A stretch of 64,000 bases of DNA from Candidatus Omnitrophota bacterium (GTDB lineage Bacteria > Omnitrophota > Gorgyraeia > Gygaellales > Profunditerraquicolaceae), in assembly GCA_028716245.1 (NCBI GenBank), contig JAQUQW010000003.1, forward strand, positions 84,638-148,637, read 5' to 3'. The stretch's first letter is position 1. Each line of letters begins with the position of its first letter. Below the pieces are notes generated by a model, which did not search any database, was not told the DNA's origin, and saw only the letters and a program-made list of their open reading frames with translations. Shown here in pieces: positions 9,980 through 19,663 of this stretch. Position numbers and translations under genes: made by a program.

Positions 9980-11011
9980 TTATCCGCCGGCAAAAGGCTT
10001 GCAGGACTCCCGGATCACTAATTCCGCGGGAAGCAGAATTTTTTTCGGCGCATTTTTATTTAAAACAATCAGGCGGTTTAATTCTTTGACACTTTCTTCG
10101 GCCATCCGGATCAACGGCTGGCGCACGGTAGTCAGCCCAACCGGGCCGTAAAGCCCCGAAGGGTTATCATCAAAACCGACAATCGATAAATCATCCGGAA
10201 TATTCTTGCCTAATTCACGGGCCACGGCCATTACTTCCAAGGCCATCGCATCAGAGGCGACAAACACAGCGGTTGCCGGATCAAAGGCCTTAATTAACTT
10301 CTCGGCCGCGCTTCTGGCTGCCCCGCGGGAATAATCAGTTTGAAATATATAATCCTCTCTGACCTTAATATTATTTTTCGTTAATGCGTGCTTGTAACCC
10401 TCCAGGCGCTTGGCTGCCGCCTGAGTCATTACATCCCCGGTAATATGCGCAATTTTTCGATGCCCTAACTCGATCAAATAATTGACCGCGCTCTCGGCGC
10501 CCCCGGCATTATCGATGGCGATACAGGAAACATTCAAGTCATCCACATAATAATTAATCACGACACTAGGTATGCCTTTGACTAAAGACTCTTCCAGCTG
10601 GGCGCGGTTACCGATAATATCGGAAAAGATTATCCCGCCTACCCCGCGTAAAGATAAGGGAGCGCGCGCGTCGGTTAAATGCAAAAGTAAATCCAGCTTG
10701 AGAGCTTCGCACATCGTGCCTACCCCGCGGATAAGCTCCAGGGCGTAGAATGAATAAAATACCCCTTCATAACGCGGAATTACCAAAGCCACAACATTGC
10801 TTTTGCCGGTTGCCAGGCGCTGCGCAAAGATAGACGGCTGGAATTTTAATTCGCGGACCGCATTCATTACTTTTATACGATTGGATTCTTTGACCGAGCC
10901 GATTTTATTGATCACCCGGGAAACGGTAGTAATGGATACTCCGCTGGCCCGTGCGACATCAACGATAGAATTATTTCTGGAGGGAGATGCTGCTTTTTTA
11001 GTGCGTGTCAT
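9980..11011 (-). CDS. LacI-family transcriptional regulator
   Basis: 343 aa with N-terminal HTH IVDVARASGVSITTVSRVINK and a periplasmic-binding-protein-like sugar-binding core. Confidence 0.85.
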   Translation of the reverse strand: MTRTKKAASPSRNNSIVDVARASGVSITTVSRVINKIGSVKESNRIKVMNAVRELKFQPSIFAQRLATGKSNVVALVIPRYEGVFYSFYALELIRGVGTMCEALKLDLLLHLTDARAPLSLRGVGGIIFSDIIGNRAQLEESLVKGIPSVVINYYVDDLNVSCIAIDNAGGAESAVNYLIELGHRKIAHITGDVMTQAAAKRLEGYKHALTKNNIKVREDYIFQTDYSRGAARSAAEKLIKAFDPATAVFVASDAMALEVMAVARELGKNIPDDLSIVGFDDNPSGLYGPVGLTTVRQPLIRMAEESVKELNRLIVLNKNAPKKILLPAELVIRESCKPFAGG

Positions 11012-11021
11012 TAGTGAAAAA

Positions 11022-11933
11022 CTATTTTATATTATCGCCGATTTTTAACGGGGCGCTTGTCCTCTTTATGTCACAGGCGGAAATATTGTCTCTTGTCTGG
11101 ATTACCGCGATAGAGCCGATTGATTTTTGCGCACGGTAAACATTAAACATATCCCCGACTTTAACTCCCGATGAAAGCCCCAAATCTATAATTACAAAGT
11201 TATTCTCCGCATTTACCGCTAAAATCTTACCGGGAAACAACGGCACCTCCGCCTTTTCCGAATAAGGAGAAGAACGCACGATTATCGCCGGCAGTTCCAC
11301 GGATTCCCTTTTCTTCTCTGAAACAGCCGCGGGCCCGTCGCTTTTAAGCGCATCCGATTCCCTTTTAACAGAACCAATCTGGGAAATCCTTTCGGTGAGC
11401 ATTATATTCATTTCACCCAAACGCTTCTCCAGCGTAGATTTGGCTTCCTGAAGGCTTTGGACTTTTTGGCTCAAAGTCATCTTACGGATGCTCAAACTCT
11501 TTAATTGCCGGACAAGTTCCTCATTCTCAGCCTTAAGTGTTTTCAGGGCGTCTTGGGTGACAGAAGCCTCCTGCTGACGCTGGTTCTGCTTCTTTAACTT
11601 ATCAATCAATTCATCCCTGACCTTAGTTACCGAGTCATACTTTTTCTGTAAATTGTTCAGCTCTTCGGCCCACTTATCCCTTTCGCCTTTGAGAGAATCT
11701 ATCTTGCTTTGGTTTCCTCTTAAGTCATTCTCCAGCCGGTTAACCTTGCTCAGCAGAGTAGCATTCTCACTCTTTAAGTCATTGCTTTCCCTAAGCAGTG
11801 TTTGCTGCTGGTTAGTTGCCTGCATAAAAAGAAAAAGGCAGACTACGGAAAAACCTATTAAGCCAACAATAATAAATTTTGTTTTCTGTTCCATAACACC
11901 CCCTATGGCTTTGCCAAGCGGAAGGCAAACCAT
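11022..11933 (-). CDS. Membrane-anchored coiled-coil protein with C-terminal beta-rich domain (function unknown)
   Basis: 303 aa with one N-terminal TM helix, a long heptad-like Q/K/E/L-rich coiled coil, and a C-terminal ~80-aa domain (VIIDLGLSSGVKVGDMFNVYR...). The product assignment is not supported beyond this architecture. Confidence 0.35.
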   Translation of the reverse strand: MVCLPLGKAIGGVMEQKTKFIIVGLIGFSVVCLFLFMQATNQQQTLLRESNDLKSENATLLSKVNRLENDLRGNQSKIDSLKGERDKWAEELNNLQKKYDSVTKVRDELIDKLKKQNQRQQEASVTQDALKTLKAENEELVRQLKSLSIRKMTLSQKVQSLQEAKSTLEKRLGEMNIMLTERISQIGSVKRESDALKSDGPAAVSEKKRESVELPAIIVRSSPYSEKAEVPLFPGKILAVNAENNFVIIDLGLSSGVKVGDMFNVYRAQKSIGSIAVIQTRDNISACDIKRTSAPLKIGDNIK

Positions 11934-11944
11934 CGTTTTCCGAC

Positions 11945-13177
11945 TTATAATTGGGCGAATACTCTCTCTAAAACCAGACTTGCCGCGCCCATGGCCACGG
12001 CGTTCTCTCTTAATTGAGAATAAGTAATTTTTAAATCAGCGGTTACTTCGCGAAAAGCCCAATCTACAACTGTATTCCTTACTTTATTTAAAAACTCTTC
12101 TCCTGACTCTTCGAAGCCTCCGCCGATAATTACCACCTGCGGGTTAAGCAGGTTAACTAAATAAGCAATTTTTATCCCTAATCTTTTGGCCGCCCGGGCT
12201 AGTGCCGCCAGGGCCACTTCATTCTTTAAACGGGAAGCGCTAAATATGCTTTTTAAATCTATGTTCTCTATGCTGGTTGATGTCGCCCGTAAAAATTCTG
12301 CTGCCTTTCCTTTATCTTTAAGCAAAATTGCTTTTATCTCATCGATAATTCCCAAATCCATATCCCAACGCTTGACAAAACAAGGGGACCCAGCCGGGCA
12401 GTTAAAAAGATCCTGTTCCTTATAATTATAAATAGAAACCTCGCCGGCATATCCTTGCCAGCCGCGATAAAGTTCTCCGTTAATCATGATCCCGCAGCCG
12501 ACTCCGGAGAACATATAAATAATATCTTTATAAGCTCCTCCTAAATCCAGCCAATGTTCGCCAAAACAGGCGCTGCTGGCGTCATTTTCGATCAATGCCG
12601 GCAGATTAAATTCTTTCTCGATTAACCCCTTTAAAGGAAGGTCTACTGAGGCATAAGTATAATAATGGTCCATTTTCTGCGGCCAGCGGATAGAGCCGTC
12701 TTTTTTATTAATTAATCCGGCAACGCCTATACCGATACCTTTTATGTTTTCAACATACCCCTTGGAACGCCTTAAGATTTCGCGTACAATTTCTAAAAGG
12801 CACTCCGATACTTCCTTAACCGAAGCCTGCGGCCGGGCAATTTGAGTTTTGGTAATAATGTTGCCTTTTAAATCTACCAGAAGACCGACCATATTCATCA
12901 GGTTTAATCCCACCCCGATGGCGTATCCGGCGCGTGGGTTTAAATCCAACAACACCGGCCGGCGGCCCCCTTCGGATACGTCCAGCTCCTTTTCATAAAC
13001 CAGGTTACTCTTGATGAAATCATCGATATAATTAGAAACGCTCACTATATTTATCCCCATCTCCTGAGAGATGTCCGGGCGGCTTATCGGCCCCTGTTTT
13101 CTAAGGATACCCAATATCTCAATATTGCGTTTTTCTTTCTCGCTAAAATCTTCTTTTTGTAAATCTAATAAATGCAT
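11945..13177 (-). CDS. ROK-family transcriptional repressor (NagC/XylR-like, HTH + sugar-kinase-like fold)
   Basis: 410 aa with an N-terminal MarR-like wHTH (ILGILRKQGPISRPDISQEMGINIVSVSNYI) followed by a ROK domain with GIGVGAG-type glycine-rich motifs and Cys/His zinc motif (CxCGxxGC-like: CPAGSPCFV). Confidence 0.8.
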   Translation of the reverse strand: MHLLDLQKEDFSEKEKRNIEILGILRKQGPISRPDISQEMGINIVSVSNYIDDFIKSNLVYEKELDVSEGGRRPVLLDLNPRAGYAIGVGLNLMNMVGLLVDLKGNIITKTQIARPQASVKEVSECLLEIVREILRRSKGYVENIKGIGIGVAGLINKKDGSIRWPQKMDHYYTYASVDLPLKGLIEKEFNLPALIENDASSACFGEHWLDLGGAYKDIIYMFSGVGCGIMINGELYRGWQGYAGEVSIYNYKEQDLFNCPAGSPCFVKRWDMDLGIIDEIKAILLKDKGKAAEFLRATSTSIENIDLKSIFSASRLKNEVALAALARAAKRLGIKIAYLVNLLNPQVVIIGGGFEESGEEFLNKVRNTVVDWAFREVTADLKITYSQLRENAVAMGAASLVLERVFAQL

Positions 13178-13262
13178 AGGAGAAAATTACCTCTTATTAT
13201 AAAAATAAATAAAATATTTATTTTACTTTACTACCAAAGAAGCCTTAAGTCAAGTGATTTCA

Positions 13263-13312
13263 ACCAAGACCCTGTTTCCCGATTGAGCAGGAAACAGGGT
13301 CTTGGTTTTTTT
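13263..13312 (+). terminator. Hairpin followed by T8 run (plus-strand-oriented intrinsic-terminator-like element)
   Basis: ccaagaccctgtttcc-cgattgagc-aggaaacagggtcttgg-tttttttt. The core gtttcccgattgagc.ggaaac recurs inside the giant ORF at 57024-57045. Confidence 0.5.
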
Positions 13313-13327
13313 TAAGGTGAGGCTGGA

Positions 13328-14878
13328 TTAATAGACATCAACCATTGTAAAAAAACGGTCTATGGCTCCTGCAGGTGAGATTATCACTATATTTATTGCT
13401 TTTGTCCCGGCATCAGGATAGGCGCATTGAAAACTGCCATCAGTTACTGCCGGGCTAGCCCCGCCTAAATCACCGCTCCAGAGGTACTGCAGCTCAACTT
13501 GATTACAACCGCTCTGCGGCATCTCAATCAGAGAGGAAATTGTGGCTTTTTGATCTTTATCGAGCACATAACTGGAAGATTTTAATTCTGCTTTGCCCAT
13601 CTCAACTAAGGGGTTGGCATTTTTTAAAGACAGGTCAAGAAAAGTCTTCAAGTTGTAATCGATCTGCTTATCCTCCTGGATCTCTTTAAGCCTGTCTTTA
13701 ACCAGTGCCGCTGTTGCGGCATAGCTATCCGCGGAATTTTTTAACAACAAACCATAATACTCTTTGGCTTTAACTAAATTGCCTTCCCATTGCGCTAACA
13801 ACCCTAACTGATAGAAGCTGGAAATAACCTGCGGGCTAAATACGGTTTTAGCCGCGAGCATTTCAAAATATTTCCTTGCTTCATTAATATTTGCCAAAAC
13901 ATATGCCTCAATCATGGCAACTTTATAAACGGCCTCATCAAAATGCTTGGTATCCGGATAAAGCCGGGTTAATTGTAAATAAAGCTTCTCTGCTCCTTTA
14001 TAATCCCTGAGTTTCTCTAAGTTAAAGGCGCGCAAGTAGATTGTTTCCTGATTAAAAACATTCTTGCTTCCCAATCCTTCTATCTTGGCATAAATTTCTT
14101 CAGCATAAGCCAGGTCATAAAGGCCTTGCGGCTTATAAACAAAAAGGCTGGCAATTTCAAACAACTCCTGAACAAGTTTCTCAGGAGCCAGGGTTTTTGA
14201 AATCCTTTCCGTATAAATATTATAAACAGCCTGCGCTAATTCTACGTTGCCCCCTTTGTAGAATCCGGCGGCCACGCTTTTAAGCTCTGGATCGGTTATC
14301 TTTCCGGCAACCAGCTGATCCACATAAAGTTTATAAATTTGGCGGGCTTTTGTTTTTTCTTCGCCGGCTAAGAGGGCATCGGCAATATCTTTAATCAACT
14401 CCGGGTCGCTTTTAACTTTGGCGTAAGCGTTGAGGTCGGCGATCAAATCATCCAAAGACGCTTGCACAAAAGCATCCTGCTGGCCATAATGAAATTGCCA
14501 AAGCAGAAGCCTCATCTTTGGCCTCAAGGGATTACCGGTATCAGCCTGCTCGATAACCTTCTGGGCATTCTCTACCAGCTGCTGCCGGTAAGTATTGCCG
14601 TTGGCAAAATAATCATCCCAGGATTGTTTTTCTTCCAGGTACTTAAGCTGCAGGTAACGCGCTTGGGCTTTATAAAATTTTAGGCAAAGCGGATCAACCT
14701 TATCCTTCTCCTTAAAATTATCCAGGAACTCGATAAATTCATTATACTGGTTAGCCGCCAGATATTTTGATTTGGATTCTTCAATACCGGAGCAGCCGGA
14801 GGTTTGAGCGCAATAAACCAAAGGCACAGATATCAATAGGCTTAAAAATAATACCGCAGACCTTAAAAAAACTAACAT
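13328..14878 (-). CDS. Secreted/lipoprotein with TPR-like helical repeats and C-terminal beta domain
   Basis: 516 aa with a signal peptide ending ...LVYCAQTSGCSG and Y/L-rich helical repeats with AxxY/LxxA periodicity. No enzymatic motif was seen. Confidence 0.4.
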   Translation of the reverse strand: MLVFLRSAVLFLSLLISVPLVYCAQTSGCSGIEESKSKYLAANQYNEFIEFLDNFKEKDKVDPLCLKFYKAQARYLQLKYLEEKQSWDDYFANGNTYRQQLVENAQKVIEQADTGNPLRPKMRLLLWQFHYGQQDAFVQASLDDLIADLNAYAKVKSDPELIKDIADALLAGEEKTKARQIYKLYVDQLVAGKITDPELKSVAAGFYKGGNVELAQAVYNIYTERISKTLAPEKLVQELFEIASLFVYKPQGLYDLAYAEEIYAKIEGLGSKNVFNQETIYLRAFNLEKLRDYKGAEKLYLQLTRLYPDTKHFDEAVYKVAMIEAYVLANINEARKYFEMLAAKTVFSPQVISSFYQLGLLAQWEGNLVKAKEYYGLLLKNSADSYAATAALVKDRLKEIQEDKQIDYNLKTFLDLSLKNANPLVEMGKAELKSSSYVLDKDQKATISSLIEMPQSGCNQVELQYLWSGDLGGASPAVTDGSFQCAYPDAGTKAINIVIISPAGAIDRFFTMVDVY

Positions 14879-14881
14879 AGG

Positions 14882-16207
14882 CTAGCCTCCCGCTCTTTTG
14901 TTGTGTGTTTTCTTTATTACCGGATGCTTCCAGAATTCCCTTATAACATAATAAGCCTTGCGTGGAATACGTTTATTTAAACCATTCTCAAGGCTTTCCG
15001 ATAAAGCGCAGATACCAAACCATTCTTCATTCATATTCATGCCGCCCGGCACTCTTATGTCAAAATAATAACTGCCGTTGGACCAGCCGCCTTCGGTATC
15101 ATGAACCTTCCAGCCTTCCGGATTATCAGGATTATGCTTCCACCATTCATCCGTCCACTCAAAAACCGTCCCGCCTATGCAATTACCCGCGCCTTTTTTG
15201 TTATTGGCTAAATTCTCATAGATCTGCTGCCATTGTGACTGCAGGAAGAACGCCTGCATATTCTGGTCTTCTCTTTTTAAGTAAGCATCGTAGCAATCCG
15301 CGCCGAATTCAGATAATAATACCGGTTTATCGAAAGTCATCCTGAGGGATTTAAAAAGATTCCCGAAAGTTTTACCGCGGTAAATTATACAGGCCACAAA
15401 ATCAACATCCCGGCAAAATTTGTCGGCAGAATCCAACCCCACCAACTCACCATTACCTAATCCTACGGGATGCTTGGAATCAATTTTATGTATTTCTTTG
15501 GATATGTCATTTACAAAAGAGTAATAAATTTTTGCGCGCAGTGCTTTTTGCCTCTGGGGGTTGGCCTCCTGATCAACCTCGGGGCTTGACCAGGGATTCA
15601 CATGCCCCAGGCAGGAATAATTATTCTCATTCCCTAAGATCCACCCGAGGATTCCGGGCTCATCTTTATAAAGCTTGACCATCTCTAATACCTGAGCCTT
15701 TACTTTATCCTGGAATTTTTGGTCGCCGTAAAAAGGACAGGGATATTCCCAGAACCCCAGCCAGTCACCCAAAAGCGTTCGGATTCCGTATAAGTTATAT
15801 AAATCCCGGATTACCCGCTTTACTTCTTCGGGGTTATCATGCGCTTGATAAAGACGAATAGTATTAATCCCCATCTCCTTCATCAGCTTACCGTCAACCA
15901 TCCAGGGCTTATTTGGATCACCCCACCAGTCATACTCTTGATTTGAGCCTATTGGGATCGGGCTGTAACAGACTCCTTTGATGATATAGGGACGGCCGTT
16001 GGCCATAAGACGATAATGTTGATTTTTTAACTTCTGGATATAGACGCCTTCCCTGGGCTGGCAGGCGGACAAAATAAATACAAACAAAAAACTACAGGCT
16101 ACAAGCAAAAAATGCCTGTAACCTGTAGCTTTGGAATTACTATTTTTATTATTCAAACTTGATCTCATCCAGATAGAAGGTAGCGCCTTCCGGGTTATTG
16201 TCCACAT
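14882..16207 (-). CDS. Lipoprotein glycoside hydrolase (TIM-barrel, clan GH-A-like; paralog of the C-terminal domain of 17362-19662)
   Basis: 441 aa with a lipobox-like signal (FILSAC). It carries GINTIRLYQ, LGNENNY (catalytic NE-type acid/base motif) and FEWTDEWWK. It shares these motifs with the 766-aa neighbour (GVNTIRLYHH, LLGNENVY, FEWLDEWWK). Confidence 0.55.
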   Translation of the reverse strand: MWTITRKALPSIWMRSSLNNKNSNSKATGYRHFLLVACSFLFVFILSACQPREGVYIQKLKNQHYRLMANGRPYIIKGVCYSPIPIGSNQEYDWWGDPNKPWMVDGKLMKEMGINTIRLYQAHDNPEEVKRVIRDLYNLYGIRTLLGDWLGFWEYPCPFYGDQKFQDKVKAQVLEMVKLYKDEPGILGWILGNENNYSCLGHVNPWSSPEVDQEANPQRQKALRAKIYYSFVNDISKEIHKIDSKHPVGLGNGELVGLDSADKFCRDVDFVACIIYRGKTFGNLFKSLRMTFDKPVLLSEFGADCYDAYLKREDQNMQAFFLQSQWQQIYENLANNKKGAGNCIGGTVFEWTDEWWKHNPDNPEGWKVHDTEGGWSNGSYYFDIRVPGGMNMNEEWFGICALSESLENGLNKRIPRKAYYVIREFWKHPVIKKTHNKRAGG

Positions 16208-17297
16208 TTGCCGACCAGCAAAAACCGCCGATAATATACGACAAATCTTTGCCTTTTAAATCAATGGTATATTGAGTCCACTCTTTATTCAAGAGGACCG
16301 GGCCGATGGTTGCGCTATCTGAATCCGAAAACTCTCCCATAATACCGCCGACCTTAAACTCTTCAATGCGCTCTGCGCCTTTTGCCCCGCGCGCCCAGAA
16401 GGTAAGCTTGGTGGCTTTGGAAAGATCAAAACCCGCGTCAACGCCACCCCAGTTGTTAGCCGGATTCTGCCAGAAAATTCCTGCCCAGCGCGCACCTTGG
16501 GCGGCTTTTCCGTTATAGATTATTTTAATGCAAGTATCGCCTAAATACGGATCTTCTTTTGAAGCTCCGTCATATTTTATATCGCCGTAATCACCCATCC
16601 AGCCGCTAGGTATAAAATGGTTGGCTGAAGTTGACCGGTCGGCATAAATATAGAACGGCATTGCCTGCTGTTTTTTACCTTCGGGTTTTAAAGCCGTATC
16701 CGCCTCGAATTTTACATCATCAATATAGAATGTGGCCCCGTCCGGATTTAAATCGGCGGTGGTGGTCCAGCCAAAAGCACCGTTAACATAAGAAAGGTCC
16801 TTGCCCACTAAATTAACTGTGTACTGTTTCCAGGCGTTAGTCAATTCAATAGGGCCCATCTCAACCATCACGGTATCAGGATAGGTTCCCTTGATCCCGC
16901 CGACCATCACTTTCTGGATCACTTCGCCGCCTTTTGCCCCGCGCGCCCAGAAGGTAAGCTTGGTCATGCCGGTTAAATCAAAACCGCCTTTTTTGTTTCC
17001 CCAGTTGTTTGAAGGATTCTGCCAGTAAACTCCGGCCCAACCCTGATTTTGTGATTTCTTGGCGCTATAAATAAATTGAATGCTGGTTGTCCCGCTATGC
17101 GGATTATCCGCTGCTTGGTCATTCATTTTAATATCGCCGTAATCACCCATCCAGCCGGAAGGAATATAATGATTATCCTTGGCGTTTTTATCCAAGTAGA
17201 TCACAAATTCCTTAGGGCCTGCGGCTTTTTCTTCGGCTGCGGCCATGCCGCAAACCAAAAGACTTAAAGCCAGTAATACTGCTGACAACTTTTTCAT
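16149..17297 (-). CDS. Secreted protein made of two tandem carbohydrate-binding-module-like repeats
   Basis: There are two ~185-aa repeats: HYIPSGWMGDYGDIK...WAGVYWQNPSNNWG...LTFWARGAKGGE...FYIDDVKFE and HFIPSGWMGDYGDIK...WAGIFWQNPANNWG...LTFWARGAKGAE...FYLDEIKFE. A DNA-level repeat ccttttgccccgcgcgcccagaaggtaagcttggt occurs at 16378-16415 and 16925-16962. The likely true start is MKKLSAVLL (ATG at 17297, RBS GGAGGTG). The longer ORF-track start at 17333 reads through the upstream conserved element. Confidence 0.5.
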   Translation of the reverse strand: MKKLSAVLLALSLLVCGMAAAEEKAAGPKEFVIYLDKNAKDNHYIPSGWMGDYGDIKMNDQAADNPHSGTTSIQFIYSAKKSQNQGWAGVYWQNPSNNWGNKKGGFDLTGMTKLTFWARGAKGGEVIQKVMVGGIKGTYPDTVMVEMGPIELTNAWKQYTVNLVGKDLSYVNGAFGWTTTADLNPDGATFYIDDVKFEADTALKPEGKKQQAMPFYIYADRSTSANHFIPSGWMGDYGDIKYDGASKEDPYLGDTCIKIIYNGKAAQGARWAGIFWQNPANNWGGVDAGFDLSKATKLTFWARGAKGAERIEEFKVGGIMGEFSDSDSATIGPVLLNKEWTQYTIDLKGKDLSYIIGGFCWSANVDNNPEGATFYLDEIKFE

Positions 17298-17361
17298 ACC
17301 ACACCTCCTGCCCACAAGGGCATACCCGCGCAATTCATTATAAGCGCGGGGTAACTTTCCT
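17298..17361 (-). promoter_or_regulatory. Conserved ~45-nt leader/operator element (copy A) upstream of the CBM gene, containing TATAAT and two small palindromes
   Basis: Minus-strand reading CCCGCGCTTATAATGAATTGCGCGGGTATGCCCTTGTGGGCAGGAGG. It is 39/45 identical to copy B at 22708-22756 and contains CCCGCGC-N12-GCGCGGG and TGCCC-N4-GGGCA inverted repeats. Confidence 0.5.
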
Positions 17362-19662
17362 TTATCTCCACTTTTTCTGATACATATAATACGCTTTGCG
17401 CAATTGCCGCAAAAACGGGCTTAGTTTACCATCCCCCTGGCCGGCCATACCCAGCCACTCCTCATGCATATATCCATCGGGAAACGGCCCGGTCCATAAA
17501 CCTTTGGTATCATGAATTGCCGGTTCATAAGCCTTCCACCATTCATCCAGCCATTCAAAGACCACTCCGCCTATGGCATTACCCGCTCCATTTTCAAATG
17601 CCATATTATTCTGAATATCTTCCCAGGAACCTAAATGATATTGCGCCTGCAGTTCCTCAGCCTCATCGACACTTTTTCCCTCAGCGTATGCCGGGCAGCC
17701 AAACTCGGTAATAAAAGCCGGCTTGCCTGCCTGCTCCTTAACCTGCCTCCAAAAAGCGCCAAAACCATAATCCCCGCGGTAAGCATTGGTACCAAAGATA
17801 TCTATATCCGGGGCATTCTTGCCGAATTTATCCAAAAATAAAATATCTCCGCTGCATATGGCTACCGGGTGATTTGGGTCGATAGACTTAATTATCCTGG
17901 CCACTTCATTGGCAAATTTAAAATAAGCTTCCGGATATTCATTGGCATTACAAGCATACCCGTAAACATTCTCATTGCCCAGGAGCCAGAATAAAATGTA
18001 AGGCTCATCTTTAAACTCATTGACCATTCCTTTGACCGACTCAATCATTTTTTTCTTTTGCTCTTCATTATTATAGTCGGTCCCGGGATTCCAGGTTGCT
18101 CCTGAGCCGATGGCGTATTTGCCCAAAAAATCCCCCATAATTACGCTTATACCATAAGTATTATACATATCACGCATTAATTCTTTATTTACCTTTAAAG
18201 GATGATGGTAAAGGCGGATGGTATTAACGCCCATATCCTGCATCAATTTAAAATCACCGACAGCCGGCTCATCGGCATCCTGGATATTGTTCCTGTTCTT
18301 ATCCACAAAGGCATCATATGGCCCGTCGATTTTTCCGTTTCCGTCAAGATCCTCCTCCATCCAGTTCTTCAGGGTTCCGTCATCCGGAGACTGGCCTACT
18401 TTTGTCGGCGCGTAAGTAATCCCTTTAATAATATAAGGCTTATCTTCAACCACTAACTGCCAATCATCATTATTATACTGCACTAGACGCACTTTACCAT
18501 GGCCAATCTTCTTTTTAATCCCCACCGATTCAGCCGTAGGCTTAGGCTTGACTGCTTCCTGGGCCATGTCAACTTTGACGAATTTTCCGGGATTAGTTAC
18601 CGCGATATCATTGGAGATATCATTGTCAAAACCATTAATGATATCGATCCGGGCGCCTTCCAGTTTATAACCCAGCTGGGGATTGCGCCTGAGCAGAAAA
18701 TTTATTTTGGCAATCGCGGCCTGGCCCACATACCAGGGGGTATGCCAATAAGTCCAACCGTAGCTGCCGGGGAAATGCACGACAATCGAATAATAACATT
18801 TAATCGCCTGGGTAATTAAACCGGCCTTCTCCAAAATCAAACCAGTGCCATACAACTTTACCCCTTGCGGCTCGCTGGAGGTTGTCCATTTGACAAACGC
18901 CGCCTCTAAATCCGGGGAATAAAGAAAATCCCAAACATCCCCCTCCAGGCGCTTGTCTTTAATCACCTGCTTAAAAATCGGATCCTTCCTGACCGCGCTG
19001 TTGTTGGGATAAACACCTTCTCCAACTGCCTCGATTAAACCCTTCTGGTCGGCGATAACATATTTATAATCTTTGGTCCCGGTGTTTTGAAATTCGCCGT
19101 ATTTGGCGTAATCGACAAATTCTTCTTTACCCGGATCAAATAGAGATAATTTTGTCAGAAGCTGGCTGACTTTTTTCTTCTGCTCTACTTCTATGGAGCC
19201 GGTCTCGATTTTTTTAATGCTTTGTTCGGCAGCCAGTTTTATCGACCAGAACCAGCCGCGCGGGTCCCATCCCTGGCCATAAGAATATTTATCGATGATT
19301 AATTTGAATATTTTTTTGGCCTCATCAAGTTTCTGCTGGCGCATCAGGCTCTCTGCCTGGATAAAATAACAGGTGGTCACATCATTTAATACCTGCACTG
19401 CCTCAATTTCTTTTTTATTCTTAGGCAAAGCGGTTAAAGCTGCCTGCTCTTTATCCGCCTGAGAAGCATACAGATCAATGCATTCCTGAGTATATTTATT
19501 CGTAGCCTCGATATCCCTCTTGCCGTGGGCAATCCAGGCCTTAGTGGTCAGCTCCCCTGAAGAAGGCTTGGCCGCAAGGGGGATTGGCTGGGCAGCCAAC
19601 ACACTAGTACACTGGCAGATAAATGCCATCGTAAAAATTAATTTTACAAACTTGAATTTCAT
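17362..19662 (-). CDS. Secreted glycoside hydrolase with N-terminal TPR-like region, Ca-binding dockerin/EF-hand-like loop and C-terminal GH-A TIM barrel
   Basis: 766 aa with signal peptide and a DLDGNGKIDGPYDAFVDKNRNNIQDADE Ca-binding-like loop pair. The C-terminal domain is paralogous to 14882-16207 (GVNTIRLY, LLGNENVY, FEWLDEWWK). Confidence 0.55.
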   Translation of the reverse strand: MKFKFVKLIFTMAFICQCTSVLAAQPIPLAAKPSSGELTTKAWIAHGKRDIEATNKYTQECIDLYASQADKEQAALTALPKNKKEIEAVQVLNDVTTCYFIQAESLMRQQKLDEAKKIFKLIIDKYSYGQGWDPRGWFWSIKLAAEQSIKKIETGSIEVEQKKKVSQLLTKLSLFDPGKEEFVDYAKYGEFQNTGTKDYKYVIADQKGLIEAVGEGVYPNNSAVRKDPIFKQVIKDKRLEGDVWDFLYSPDLEAAFVKWTTSSEPQGVKLYGTGLILEKAGLITQAIKCYYSIVVHFPGSYGWTYWHTPWYVGQAAIAKINFLLRRNPQLGYKLEGARIDIINGFDNDISNDIAVTNPGKFVKVDMAQEAVKPKPTAESVGIKKKIGHGKVRLVQYNNDDWQLVVEDKPYIIKGITYAPTKVGQSPDDGTLKNWMEEDLDGNGKIDGPYDAFVDKNRNNIQDADEPAVGDFKLMQDMGVNTIRLYHHPLKVNKELMRDMYNTYGISVIMGDFLGKYAIGSGATWNPGTDYNNEEQKKKMIESVKGMVNEFKDEPYILFWLLGNENVYGYACNANEYPEAYFKFANEVARIIKSIDPNHPVAICSGDILFLDKFGKNAPDIDIFGTNAYRGDYGFGAFWRQVKEQAGKPAFITEFGCPAYAEGKSVDEAEELQAQYHLGSWEDIQNNMAFENGAGNAIGGVVFEWLDEWWKAYEPAIHDTKGLWTGPFPDGYMHEEWLGMAGQGDGKLSPFLRQLRKAYYMYQKKWR

Positions 19663-19663
19663 C

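Noticed and set aside
16149-17333. Longer N-terminal extensions given by the ORF track for the CBM gene (MRGYALVGRRCG...) and the SBP gene (MPVWARSIK...)
   Set aside because: The extensions translate the conserved 45-nt leader element. A better start with an RBS and signal peptide lies downstream (ATG 17297 for the CBM gene, 22697 for the SBP gene).
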